A DNA stretch of 64,000 nucleotides from contig JBLDXI010000099.1 of assembly GCA_047495785.1 (NCBI GenBank), positions 8,531 to 72,530 of the forward strand. The letters are read 5' to 3'. Shown here one piece after another: positions 50,842 through 63,352 of this stretch (the stretch's first letter is position 1; the number at the start of each line of letters is the position of its first letter). The notes under the pieces are model-generated. The model was not told the DNA's origin. It searched no databases and worked only from the letters and a program-made list of their open reading frames with translations. Made by a program: the position numbers and the translations under genes. This DNA comes from Lepidodermella squamata. Lineage: Eukaryota > Animalia > Gastrotricha.

Positions 50842-52785
50842 AATATTTTCTTTCGTCGTTATGCTCCCGTATTCGACGTTTTCGCCATCAGCAACGTCGA
50901 TTCCACTAATTCATGTCATTTAATTTTACCCTGATTTACTTTTTTCAAGAATTTTTTCAAACTTTGAAATTCCAAACCAAGGTCGTAGGTTGGTGCCCGA
51001 CCTCTCATTTTTTCGCCCTCAAATATTTTCTTTCATCGATATGCTCCCGTTCTCGACGTTTTCGCCATCAGCAACGTCGATTCCACTAATTCATGTCAAT
51101 TAATTTTACCCTGATTTACTTTTTTCAAGAATTTTTTCAAACTTTGAAATTCCAAACCAAGGTCGTAGGTTGGTGCCCGACCTCTCATTTTTTCGCCCTC
51201 AAATATTTTCTTTCATCGATATGCTCCCGTTCTCGACGTTTTCGCCATCAGCAACGTCGATTCCACTAATTCATGTCAATTAATTTTACCCTGATTTACT
51301 TTTTTCAAGAATTTTTTCAAACTTTGAAATTCCAAACCAAGGTCGTAGGTTGGTGCCCGACCTCTCATTTTTTCGCCCTCAAATATTTTCTTTCATCGAT
51401 ATGCTCCCGTTCTCGACGTTTTCGCCATCAGCAACGTCGATTCCACTAATTCATGTCAATTAATTTTACCCTGATTTACTTTTTTCAAGAATTTTTTCAA
51501 ACTTTGAAATTCCAAACCAAGGTCGTAGGTTGGTGCCCGACCTCTCATTTTTTCGCCCTCAAATATTTTCTTTCATCGATATGCTCCCGTTCTCGACGTT
51601 TTCGCCATCAGCAACGTCGATTCCACTAATTCATGTCAATTAATTTTACCCTGATTTACTTTTTTCAAGAATTTTTTCTAACTTTGAAATTCCAAACCAA
51701 GGTCGTAGGTTGGTGCCCGACCTCTCATTTTTTCGCCCTCAAATATTTTCTTTCATCGATATGCTCCCGTTCTCGACGTTTTCGCCATCAGCAACGTCGA
51801 TTCCACTAATTCATGTCAATTAATTTTACCCTGATTTACTTTTTTCAAGAATTTTTTCAAACTTTGAAATTCCAAACCAAGGTCGTAGGTTGGTGCCCGA
51901 CCTCTCATTTTTTCGCCCTCAAATATTTTCTTTCATCGATATGCTCCCGTTCTCGACGTTTTCGCCATCAGCAACGTCGATTCCACTAATTCATGTCAAT
52001 TAATTTTACCCTGATTAACTTTTTTCAAGAATTTTTTCAAACTTTGAAATCCCAAACCAAGGTCGTAGGTTGGTGCCCGACCTCTCATTTTTTCGCCCTC
52101 AAATATTTTCTTTCATCGATATGCTCCCGTTCTCGACGTTTTCGCCATCAGCAACGTCGATTCCACTAATTCATGTCAATTAATTTTACCCTGATTTACT
52201 TTTTTCAAGAATTTTTTCAAACTTTGAAATTCCAAACCAAGGTCGTAGGTTGGTGCCCGACCTCTCATTTTTTCGCCCTCAAATATTTTCTTTCATCGAT
52301 ATGCTCCCGTTCTCGACGTTTTCGCCATCAGCAACGTCGATTCCACTAATTCATGTAAATTAATTCTACCCTGATTTACTTTTTTCAAGAATTTTTTCAA
52401 ACTTTGAAATCCCAAACCAAGGTCGTAGGTTGGTGCCCGACCTCTCATTTTTTCGCCCTCAAATATTTTCTTTCATCGATATGCTCCCGTTCTCGACGTT
52501 TTCGCCATCAGCAACGTCGATTCCACTAATTCATGTCAATTAATTTTACCCTGATTTACTTTTTTCAAGAATTTTTTCAAACTTTGAAATCCCAAACCAA
52601 GGTCGTAGGTTGGTGCCCGACCTCTCATTTTTTCGCCCTCAAATATTTTCTTTCATCGATATGCTCCCGTTCTCGAAGTTTTCGCCATCAGCAACGTCGA
52701 TTCCACTAATTCATGTCAATTAATTTTACCCTGATTTACTTTTTTCAAGAATTTTTTCAAACTTTGAAATTCCAAACGAAGGTCA
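50842..52785 (+). repeat. 180 bp tandem repeat (~10.8 near-identical copies)
   Basis: Sequence lines recur every 180 nt (ttcgccatcagcaacgtcgattccactaat...). Confidence 0.97.
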
Positions 52786-53039
52786 TTTTTTTGAATTTTA
52801 GAATTTCGGAAATTTATATTAGCATTTCATTTTTTTTTATTTTTTCTCTTTTTTACCAGTTTGCGAATCGAATGACCGATGTTGCACATGCTGTAATCAA
52901 ATGGCTGAAAACGATTTCAAGACGAAGTGATTTGTGATTTTTCAAACGTGCTACTTCATTTGAACGTTGTTTACCAGCTTTGCTGTATGATGCTTTTTAA
53001 ATTATATTGTTCCAAACCCCATTTTCGCTGACCCAGGCA

Positions 53040-53325
53040 GTAATAGGGTAGAGATGCCGTCTCAATGCCCGGCTATGCAGTTAAATAGCCAACCGACGTT
53101 GGAATAGTCGGTATAAACTTCCACCGTCCCGGCTCAGACGGCGAAAACGACCACGTCTTGGTGAGACGGTAAAAAAAACTCCGACAAGGCAAGGTCGGTA
53201 AAAAACTTCCAAAATGTCCGCAGGGCTGAGCGACCAGCGCCCTCACTGTGATTCGTCACAAATACTAAGCTGGAAGGGAACCTATGACGATCTGTCAGGC
53301 ATCTTCGGATCCGAGGTTTCTCCCC
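53040..53325 (+). ncRNA. Unclassified, highly structured RNA (or ssDNA) element upstream of the RepHel gene
   Basis: At least eight adjacent GC-rich hairpins, including two UUCG tetraloops, within AT-rich flanks. Confidence 0.55.
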
Positions 53326-53484
53326 GATATTTCAATTATTGATGTGCATTGGTAATTTCAATAAAATATGTTTTTCATTTCAATATATTTTTTTTAATTG
53401 ATGTTCTTCATTCCATTCGCATATGGTGTTATTTTTTATTTATCTAGTTTTATGATGACAATTTTGTGATTATGAACTGGAATC

Positions 53485-56400
53485 ATGGTGAAACCGCCTA
53501 ATTGGAAGCCAAAATCGAAGGGATCGCGTAAGTGTTCCTTTTGCAAACGGAAAGGTGTTCGAATCTCAACCCACTGCGGACTACTCAATTGCTCTAAAGC
53601 TAAAGGGCAACACCATCCCAAGCCGTGCATTAAGGTTCAACCTCCACAGTCCGCTTCTCAGTCCAATTGTATGTTTTCCTAATCAATCAGTTATATATGT
53701 TTCATCTGTTTTTACACAGCCACGTCGTGTTCGCATGTTGGCGAATCTTTATCGGTAGCTCCATCCTCACTCACTGTTCAGAATACGTCTCAGCAGTCGT
53801 TGATATCTCAAGGCTTGTTCTTGTTATTCATCCTCAAATTGTATAAATTTGCGATAAAATTTCCCCATAGGTAGCGGCGCTGTTCTGACTGCTTCGGAGC
53901 AATTGTTGGATTCTCAAGGTCAGTAATTTTTATTTCTCAACTATAACTTGACATGTGGCTGTGCCGTTCCAGCTGTTCCGGCTACCCGGGAAGATCCGCT
54001 GCCACCTCCGGGTTAGTTGTTAGATTGAGATTTATTTCATGTCTTGAGCGAATACCACTAAGCTCTTTTAAGAATTATAAGAATTGAAGAGGTGTTAACA
54101 TATGATTGTTATGTCATTTAGTCTTGTCAAATAATATTTTCAGGCGCTTCTTTGAACGAACGGCAGGAATCTAGCGCGCCTGCAACACGTCAGCCAGTAA
54201 CTCAGCCATCTTGTCCAGTATGCGGCGCAAAAGGCAGGAAGTATCTGACCCACTGCGACAATGAGGAATGCCGGATTAGTGGCCGCGGGCATCACGCTAA
54301 TCCCTGTTTCCAGTTGGAACGACCCGGGCTACAGGCCGGTGTAAATCTTGAGCAGCAACGTAAGTATTATCCACCGGGTAACAACCTTTCATAAATAATG
54401 ATTCATTTAGCTGTGGCGTCCTCTGGAGCTGTTGCTGCTACGTCACAACGGTCGCTGCCATCTATAGGTTAGTTATTTAATCAAGAATTGTGCTGCCTGG
54501 TGTTAACTAAAACTGCTGTTTGTTGCAGCTAGTGGTGGTTCTTCTAATGCACCTATTCTATGTGACAACTGCAGAAGACGATCGGTGCCCTTTTTCGACA
54601 TCGACATTGCTGTCGTGGAAGAGCCGGTATCTGGACGCAGCTATGGTGCTCTAGGACTAAGGAAAGTCTATGAAAACTGCTCGTTATGCCGTTGTTGCCG
54701 TCACTATTTGCGCAACGGCGATGCTCGTTTTCCCGCCGGATGGCCAGCCCTTGTTTATAGCCTTTTCTTCAAAGCAGCGAATAGGCACCTAGCAGAGGCC
54801 CTCTCTAACTACATATCGCCGCTCATGAAAATGATGTGGAGCGAGGTCGACGGCTCAAATGTTATGCGGGACTCGCAGCCGTGTTTCGTTGACAAGACAC
54901 GTGATCTGGCTGATTTCATGGCCAATATCTACAAAGACGCAGGTATTCTATCAACCTACTAAATGAGTATACGAATGCAGTTTTTTTTTTAATTGCAGGA
55001 GGATTCAGTTACGCGCTAAACATGTACCCAGTGCCCGACGTGATATGTCCGCAAGGTTGCCTCGCTTTCATGGAGAAGTGCCAGCTAATCCCGTACCATC
55101 ATTTGATCCAACATGTCACTGGCAGCAATTTCTTCGATTCCGACTTGCGCTGGTTCGAGTCAAGGAGACCCGACTGGCCGTGCAACCCAGTGCCTTTCCT
55201 CGCTTGGGATTTCGCTGCTGCAATGGTCATGGACGAGACAAAGGGCCTATGCATCCTTGCCTGCATTGACCACAGCAAGCCGGACCTGTTTTCCATGTAC
55301 CTGCATCTCCCTGCGAATCCCGAGTTCGACCGGTTCCACGATCCGCAGCAGACCGAAATCTATGCACCCGTGCACGTGCAGCCCAATTTCGTCAGAGGCG
55401 GGCGAGTCGGTCAGTCGAACGCATCAGTGCCAGTGACAAAAACTCTGGGTGATCAATTAGGTGTCGGCAGCTTTACATTGCGTGGTGCTCACTCGGCAAA
55501 TCGCAAGGCTTTGAGCATGTACGCCAGCGCCTTTAAGCCACACCTTTTGGCCTTGCGATATCGTCCTGAGATTCGCAACACCGCGATCAGCAGATTTGGC
55601 GAGGAACACGTGGCTCACGTTCTTGCTGATTTTGATCAGCATTGCCCAACTGCTGTCGTGAGAAACCATGTCAAGGGTGGCACTTTCATCGAGCTAGCTG
55701 ACTGTTACTTCACCTGGGCTATTCGCCGCAAAATCGCGACAGGTCAGTACATTTCATTCTTAATCTACTACTATAGATTAGACTCAACAGAATTAGCACT
55801 GCATTAATTTTGCTGATAGTGATAGCCTTGTAATCGGGCCCTGCACTGAATTTTAGATGCGTTTTGTCCAATATAAAATTCTCCAATATAAATGGTCAAA
55901 GAACGGATGTAGCAACTGTAGTAGAGTATCGCGCGGGATAACCACTGCAAATTATTATGTAGTGTACTTCGGGAGGATAAGATTAGGCCGATCGAACTGC
56001 TCCAAATTCTCGATATAATAAACAAATATAGAGATACTAAGATTCAAGCGCATTAACAATTCATCATCGATTCCTACGAATTGTCTCATTTCGTCCTTCT
56101 TTATTTTAGGAAGTGATTCGTCGAAAAAAGGGAAAACACCTTCAGAAGCCGTGATCTTCAATCCGGTTCACCCGAACGATGATCATGGCTTAATCCCCTG
56201 GGCGTTCAAGTCGGGTCAAGGCGACAACCCTAGTCAGCTCCTGACACTGGTTGCCAACGTCGTTTCGTTGTGCCGCCCTGTGTACCGTGCGGCGTTGAGT
56301 CATCTAGTGCTTGGCAGTCCCGATTTAACACGCGTCGACATCGGTGACTTGCTCAGTCATACTGTTTCGCTGCCGCGCCCGAAAACCCCTCGTACTCTGA

Positions 56401-59400
56401 ATTTGTCGCATCTGGCAAGGGACTTCTGGTCACTGACAGAACCCGAAAGTGATAGCGGATCTGACGATGACGAAGAATCCCCCGATGTCGTTACGCGGGC
56501 ATTAACTTTGATTGGGAGAGTTACTGCGCCGATTAATGATGTCGAGTTGTCGTTTGCTGGATCTCATCTTTTAGCGATAAGAAAGGGGCAAACCATGGAC
56601 GGCGAAAGAAGGAGTCTCCGAAGTCATGGTGAGTGTTTTATTCATATTTTGGCAATTATTGCTGCATTATTAGACGTTGTGGTGATACATATCATGATCT
56701 TGGGTCCTGAATTTCAAAATTTACTGGTTTTAATCAAAAATTGAAACAACAAAAAATTGAGGGCTCCCATTCAAGTTATAATGACGTAAATCTTGAAATA
56801 TTGAGTAATTTTCAAATCGTTTGATTCATACCTAGATAACCCTTGTTTATTTCGTGTTGACAGTGGGTAGGGTGCTGGTCATCCACGGAGGTCAATCTCA
56901 GCTGCTGACCGAATACCAGACTTCGCATGAGCTGCTGATGTGCCGACCCGAAGGTGCCTTGCCGATCAATTGGCCCGCATTGCCCTTGTCGCTGAAAGCT
57001 GGTCATCACCTGCTACTTGCCCGCGTCAAGTTTGGCTCGAAATCCTACATCGTTTTTCGATGGTCGCCTAGCTTCAGTGGCTGGTGGACAGTAGAGCCTA
57101 GCGGGCGAGTGGTTCGTGGTGTCAGTGATCAGCACATGCGCTCTGACGTCCAATTTGCGATTTACGCTCTGCCTGGCAACCAGACGTTCTGCAATCAAGC
57201 CGTCCGTCAATCGCTCGGTGGTCAAAGCAAGGCTGCCTGCGAAATGCATTTCGACTCTGTCGAGTTCAACTTCACTCTTATGAAAGTGCCGGTGAAACAT
57301 AAGGTGAAGTGTTGCATGCGATCACCGGGAAGAGCCAATCAATGCGGCAAACCTGCTCAGTTGCGCTGTCCTGCGGGCTTGCAGAATGGCAGCTTGTCGT
57401 GCAGTGTCGGCATCTGCACGCGGTGCTTCAAGAAGCTTCCAGCGGACGGTATCACCAAGCTCTCAGCGCCTGACTTTCTGCCTGATGTGCCTGAAGATGC
57501 TGAATTGCAACTGTCAGCTAGCAGGGCATCGAACTTGGAAGCTCAAGCCGACGAGGTTCCGCCGCAGCCTGAGCAGCTTCATTTGGCTACTGATATTCAA
57601 TTTCCTCGAGGCGATGCTGAGCCGCTGTATGATCCGACCAAGGGTATTCTCGCCAAGTATCTCTGGCAGCACTTGGGAATTCTGCAGCGAACCAGGCTCG
57701 CTTTCGATTCTGCCCAGAAGTCTTTTCTACTGCAGCAGATGGTTGCCTTCGGAGATGCCCCTGCTACTTCCATCTTGTACCCGGAGGGTGCTCTGTTTCC
57801 GTCACTTTTCTATTGCCAACGTGATGGCAGTGTTGTTGGTGCTTTGCCTCACCATCACTACTCGTCCTACAACTCCGACTATACAGGTGGAATCGGCTCC
57901 CTGTCTGATCATGTCAAAGTCAGGTTGCGCAACTTCTTCTTGGCAACAAGCTGGTCGTTTGCGTCAATCTACTTCTCCTTTGACATGAAGCTATCGGCGC
58001 AGCTGAACAAAAACAGCACTGCAATCTTCATGAAGCGTGGGACAGAAGGCCTGGCAGGTAAAGGCGCTGTTGGCTGGTCTCCTCCTGGCACGGCTCTCGA
58101 ATACGAGGAGTTCGACAAGGAGTCGAGGCTGAAAGAGCTTGGCGCCCTAATCAAGCATGAAGAATGGAAGTGGTTCGGGACAATTACTTGTAATGATACA
58201 GGTTAGCACAAGTTTTGGTATTCAATCTCACTCAATTGTAGACTGAATAATTTCTCCAAGAATTGTTTGAAATTTGAAATTTTACCACCTCGACCTACAC
58301 AATGCATTATTTTTCAATTCCAGGCACACCTGGTGTATGTGAAATCGTCAAAGCCCTTATGATAAACGCTCAAAGGCACCATGGTCCACGCCCTGTTCTG
58401 TCGAAGGCCGACTATCAGCGAACTTTTCGTCAGCGTCTGCTCCTTGTTTCAAGGCTTGACGAGACCGAGTACAAGCGGCTGTACTACGCCCATTTCATCC
58501 TCATCAGCATGGCTTGGCAACGAGTGCAGGAGCATCTGATCGAGTTCCTGAAGCGCACGAATGTTGTTGGCACTGTCACCACTATTTTCGTCAGGAACGA
58601 ATTTCAGAGCGAATCACTCGTTGGCAACAAAAGTCATCTGCATATGGGCATTTCAGTACGCGAAAGCCGGGCAGAACTGCTGGAGAAAGTTTGCTGTGAT
58701 CCTCGTGAATTCTTCTCGGAGCGGTACGGCACGTCATTCGACGAGCTTCAGCGCTTGAGGTTGGTCGAGAGCCGAGATCACTTCGAGCTGCTCAAGGAGG
58801 TCCATTACCCCTTCCAACGTCACGAATGCGAGAAAGCGTTTTGGAAATGTCAAGTTCCACGCGGCGAAGGAGGGGAAATGGTTTGCCGAGTTCGCCAGCA
58901 CGGCGTCTCCAGCAGCGGCTATTTCGAAGAATTCCGCAACGTGTACTCCGAGGATACCCTGAAAGAGCTGCAATCCCTAGACCTCGCCAGAGAAGTGCCC
59001 AATCCCACTGGCGACTTTGACTGGGAATTTCTGGCTGATCAGCTCAAGTCGGGCGTGTACCACTACGCGATCAAGCATCTCGAGAAGGGCGTGAAGTTCA
59101 TTCCGCAAATCCCGATCATCGCGGCAATGATGGGCGGCTCCACGAACTTTCAGATATGCGATTCTCATTTCAGCGTATCTTACCTGACGAGCTACGTTGC
59201 CAGCTCCGACGCTCGCCCTGAAGCTTACGCTGCAACGACAGATGTTCCGGGCCAAGTCGTTGCTTTGTTCCCTGCTGGTTTTGAGCGAGGTCAAAAGCTT
59301 GCTAGTGTTCGGTGAGTAATATCTTTGCACTTCAATTGACTTGAAAAACTTTGATGTTTTTAGGAAAGTGATGGAAGCGAAGCTGAAGCATTTCCGTCGA

Positions 59401-62400
59401 GAAAGCATGCAGAGCTTTATCTTCATCGCCTTGACAGAAGTTGCTTGGTTCGCGTTGGGGTTTCCCTACACCATCACGAATGTCGGTTTCGTACACATCA
59501 ACACACACCCACCAGCTTCGCGGCTAATGTTGTGGCGACCGAAAGAAGCAGTGAAAAAGCGACTACCGGGTATGCTCTTGAGAATAGTTATTGTGATTAT
59601 TTTCAAATAATATTCCAAAAACAGGTACAGATGTAGTTGCTGTCGACCCAAACTACAATCGCCGGGGCCTGCCTCAGTGGCGCTTGTTCACGGAAGCATG
59701 CATTCGTCTGATCATGAAAATGAGAGGCACGAATCTGCTAGCTGGCCCTGTCGAGAAGTTCGAGATTCGACCTCCCGAGGCTCGTATCTTTGCGTCACCT
59801 GCTATCTATCACGCGGTGTTCGTCATCGACCGGAAAAACCGACGACCATACAACCCGATGGTCGATCCTTACATCCGTTTTTTCGACGGCTTCAAGCGGG
59901 AGGTCCGAATCAACGATTGCAGTTTGCGCATCGCGCTCGACTATCTGGCTCAGCAGGACCAATCCAATGCAGCCGTTCAAGCACTCACGGAAATTTTCGA
60001 ACTCTTGGTCGAAGGCGATCCTGTCTATGTTGACCGGTAACGATCTTTACGTTTTTATAATTTTCGGAATATTTCAAATGTACGCTGAACTAGGTACTTG
60101 CACGTCACAAATAAGGCGGCGATAATTCCAGTCCTATCCACCATCTCTCCGCTCAACCGCTTCAACTTCTTGTATCACGTCGTCATGACGTTTGGTCGAA
60201 TCGAAGATGAGGCTACTACCTTTCCGGCTGGGCATCTCCGGGCGGCATTTGTTCGATCGGGGCTCATTCGGGTCAATCCTGAAGGCGAGCCGACCAACCT
60301 TCCTGCCGACGTGAGGTCTCTGAAGCGTCGCGTCATTCTCGAAATCTTCGCTTTCCTGCCAATCGGTGTCAAGAGATTCGATTTTTACGTCGCCACTCTG
60401 AAATCCATGTTCGAGCAGTTTTTCTTTGGCGATGGAGGCACCGACAATCTCTCGGCACTGACTGACTGGGATGCGATTGAACGGGAAGTTGACGAGGATA
60501 TTGTCCGAGCGGAAGGAGAAATGAAGCGGTCTGTGGTTGAGGTGACGCATTCGCAGCTTGTCGGGAAATTGCCGCTACCACCGCTGTCGGATTTCACTGA
60601 CGCTACATCGTGTCAACCTTTGGAATGGATTCCGAGTCTTCAACGACAACCAGGTCAGTCGGACCAGTCTTTCCAGGAGCAGCAGGCGGCTCTGGCTTTC
60701 GGTATGAAGACACTCGAACGCTTCCGAAGCAGAGCTAGCTTCAAGCACATCGCACTGGTTGGTCCTCCTGGGGCTGGAAAGACAACGCTGGCGCAGATCC
60801 TTGCCATGGTTGCCGTTTCTAAGGGACTACGAGTTGTCATTACTGCTTTGACCTCGGAGCGAGCACGAGTTCTTGGCGGTCGGCACATCCACCTGCTTTT
60901 TCCTTTGCCGGTTAAGCAAATACCGTACAAAAATGTAATGGCGTATGCTGACGGCTGCCTCAAGAATCTGTGTTTCAAGACTACGCCGTCTGTTGTCCTA
61001 TATCGGGCTGACGTCTTCATCATCGAAGAAATTGGGCTGGTCTCTGCTGAAACCCTGGAAATCTTGGACACAGTTATGAGGAGTCTTACAGGTAAGCAAA
61101 CCAGCATTCAATTATTACTGGTATTTATAGTTTTCATTAGGAGTCGATGCGAAAATGGGTGGCAAATTGATCATTGCTACCGGGGACTTTGCTCAGCTCG
61201 AGACGATCAATGGTGAGAGTTGATTTATTGCAATACTAACATGTATATTGTATTTGTTTTTTTTAATTATCCCAGGTCGATCCTTTTGGGAATCAACACA
61301 ATTGTACCTCAGCTACGACGTCGCATTGTTGAAACATTTCGTTCGGGCTGCCACTGACCCGCTACTCCAGCGGGTGCTGTTGATTTTGCGGCAAGGCGTT
61401 CTTGACGAGATTGACCGGGACTTCATCCTCAAAGCTGTGACTAGAACGTGCAACTTTTACGACACTTGGGACAACGTTCCGTTCCTTGTCCAGCGGATCG
61501 TCCCAACAAGAGAAGCTGAACAAGAGGTTAGTTGGAAACGGAAAATTTTGGTGATCACTCTTGCCTTTCATTAATTGATCAGGTCATTCGGAAGTTCCTG
61601 CAAGACGCTAGTCTCAGTGGCAAGACTTTGAAAACAGCTCTATGCATCGACGAAGTAAACACGCGTGGTGCCTGGGAACCTCTTCACCGTCCCGAATGGA
61701 AAAAAGCTATCAACAAACAGTCACTCAAGCCCGAGAACTTAACGCTCTTTGTTGGTGCTGTGGTTGCTATGACCTACAATCACGTAGCGTCGAACCCGCA
61801 ACACTCCTTCTCCCAAGGGCAGCTAGCTCTGGTGACGCAGTTGCCGGAAGACATGGCCGCACCGGATGCCAAAATTTCTGTCCGCTTGGTTCCTCCAGGG
61901 CTGCGTGACATTGCACCAGATGAGGCTTGGCCAGAAATAAGTGTGGGCCGGCATCGGGACGATAACATTGTTGTTGGCGACAACAAAACGCACCTGCGTC
62001 GTGTTCAGTTTCCGCTGCGGCATTACATTGCCTCGACTATTCATCGTGAGTGCTAACCTTGTTTTTATATTCAAGTATATAAAAATGTTAATTGTTTTCA
62101 GGAATCATGGGTTCTACCTGCGAGAACGGCGTTGCAGCCAAGATTGCTTCCAACGAGAAGGTACGTATTGCGAACAATAACTGTGGATATTGATATGTTC
62201 AATGTACTGTAATGAAGGGCTACGTGCTATGGGAACGGGCGCAGCTTGCTGTCATTCTCTCGCGGTGCCGTTCACTTGACCGTGTGTCATTTGTTGGCGA
62301 ACGCGCAGACATCACTGTGGCCATCGAAAGGCTGTTGATGGCAGTCGATGAGCCATACGAGGCTATCGTCGCATCGCTGCAAACGCTGGACGTGCTGCCT

Positions 62401-63352
62401 ACCTCAACAGTCGCCAGTAACTGGTCAGCCGGACGACAGCAGCAGGTCAGCGACCCCGACGAACTGCCCGACATCACGTTCCGCGTTTTACGAACAACTT
62501 CCGGGTTAGTCCACTTACTTATTTGGCTCTTTGTATAGTCAACTCACTAATTGCGTATGTCCCATTATATATCGAGTCTTGACAGTTCATATTTCTATAA
62601 CCATTTTATTATATTTCAAAATAGAATAAGTCGAACGTTTTCAAGAAAATTTTTCTTATAGATCATTCACGATCGAGCAGCTTGGCGATGCTCAAACTTC
62701 CATCCCATTGTAAGTATGGCATTGTTCATCTGCTTTATATACTATTCAAAACTTCTTCATAGCCCTGCAACCGTTGACCAGGCAAGCTCCTCCGATGCGC
62801 CTGTTGTCCCACGGTTAGTATAACCTATCAATTCCATTTCATTGCTTCAAATTCTGCTCAATTTATCAGAGTGCCGACATTGTTGGACTTCTACCGCGTC
62901 GTCGGTCCTGATTTGTCGGAACGCGAGCCCAATGGCGTCGTTTATCAATTGGTGGAGGTGGCTCAGCCGTGGGCCAGCTACTTTGGCGAAACCGAGCAAG
63001 CGCCTCTACAGCGACTTTATGACCACAATCACAGTAAATACAAGAGAGACTAAAAAAATCGAACTGCTAACATTTGATTTCAGATGCAGGGGCCGCGATG
63101 ACTCGCGGCAAGCAATGGCATTTGTACGCCGTCGCTCGTGGCTTGCCTGATGACGAAACCAGGTTGAACCTGGAGAAAAGGTGCCAGGACCTAATTACAG
63201 CGCAACCTGAGCTTTTGCCGTGGCAAGTTAGGACCAAGTTTGAGTCCTACGTGGACGACATCAACGCTCGCCTGCATGGGTCCACTGCTGTAATTCGTTA
63301 CGGCGAGTTGGACGAGGCTAAGGTTCACCGCCTGCGTACGATCTCCTTGTGA
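53485..63352 (+). CDS. Large intron-rich RepHel-like transposase: Cys/His zinc motifs, HUH Rep endonuclease, Pif1/RecD-type SF1B helicase and C-terminal GIY-YIG nuclease (~2,600 aa; exact 3' end uncertain, may extend to ~63460)
   Basis: Rep motifs WFGTITCN, RNEFQ...SHLHM, QRHEC...C, NFQI...YLTSYVA. Helicase motifs GPPGAGKTT, IIEEIG, GDFAQL, QFPLRHYIASTIHRIMG, LAVILSR. GIY-YIG motif GVVYQL...YFGET...RLYDHN...GAAMT. More than 20 exons with GT-AG introns. Confidence 0.85.

Noticed and set aside
50842-52785. CRISPR-like array
   Set aside because: Units are fully repeated with no unique spacers, the context is eukaryotic and there are no cas genes; it is a satellite.
53140-53235. Hammerhead ribozyme (cgaaa … ctgagcga)
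   Set aside because: The core does not fit CUGANGA spacing and the required three helices could not be assembled.
55804-56025. Antisense intronic ORF with YIGEFYIGQ, suggestive of a Penelope GIY-YIG remnant
   Set aside because: Very short and AT-rich, with no upstream GIY motif in frame and no RT; likely chance.
53485-63352. Host PIF1 helicase gene
   Set aside because: Presence of an HUH Rep domain, divergent helicase motifs and the repeat-flanked insertion context argue for a mobile element.
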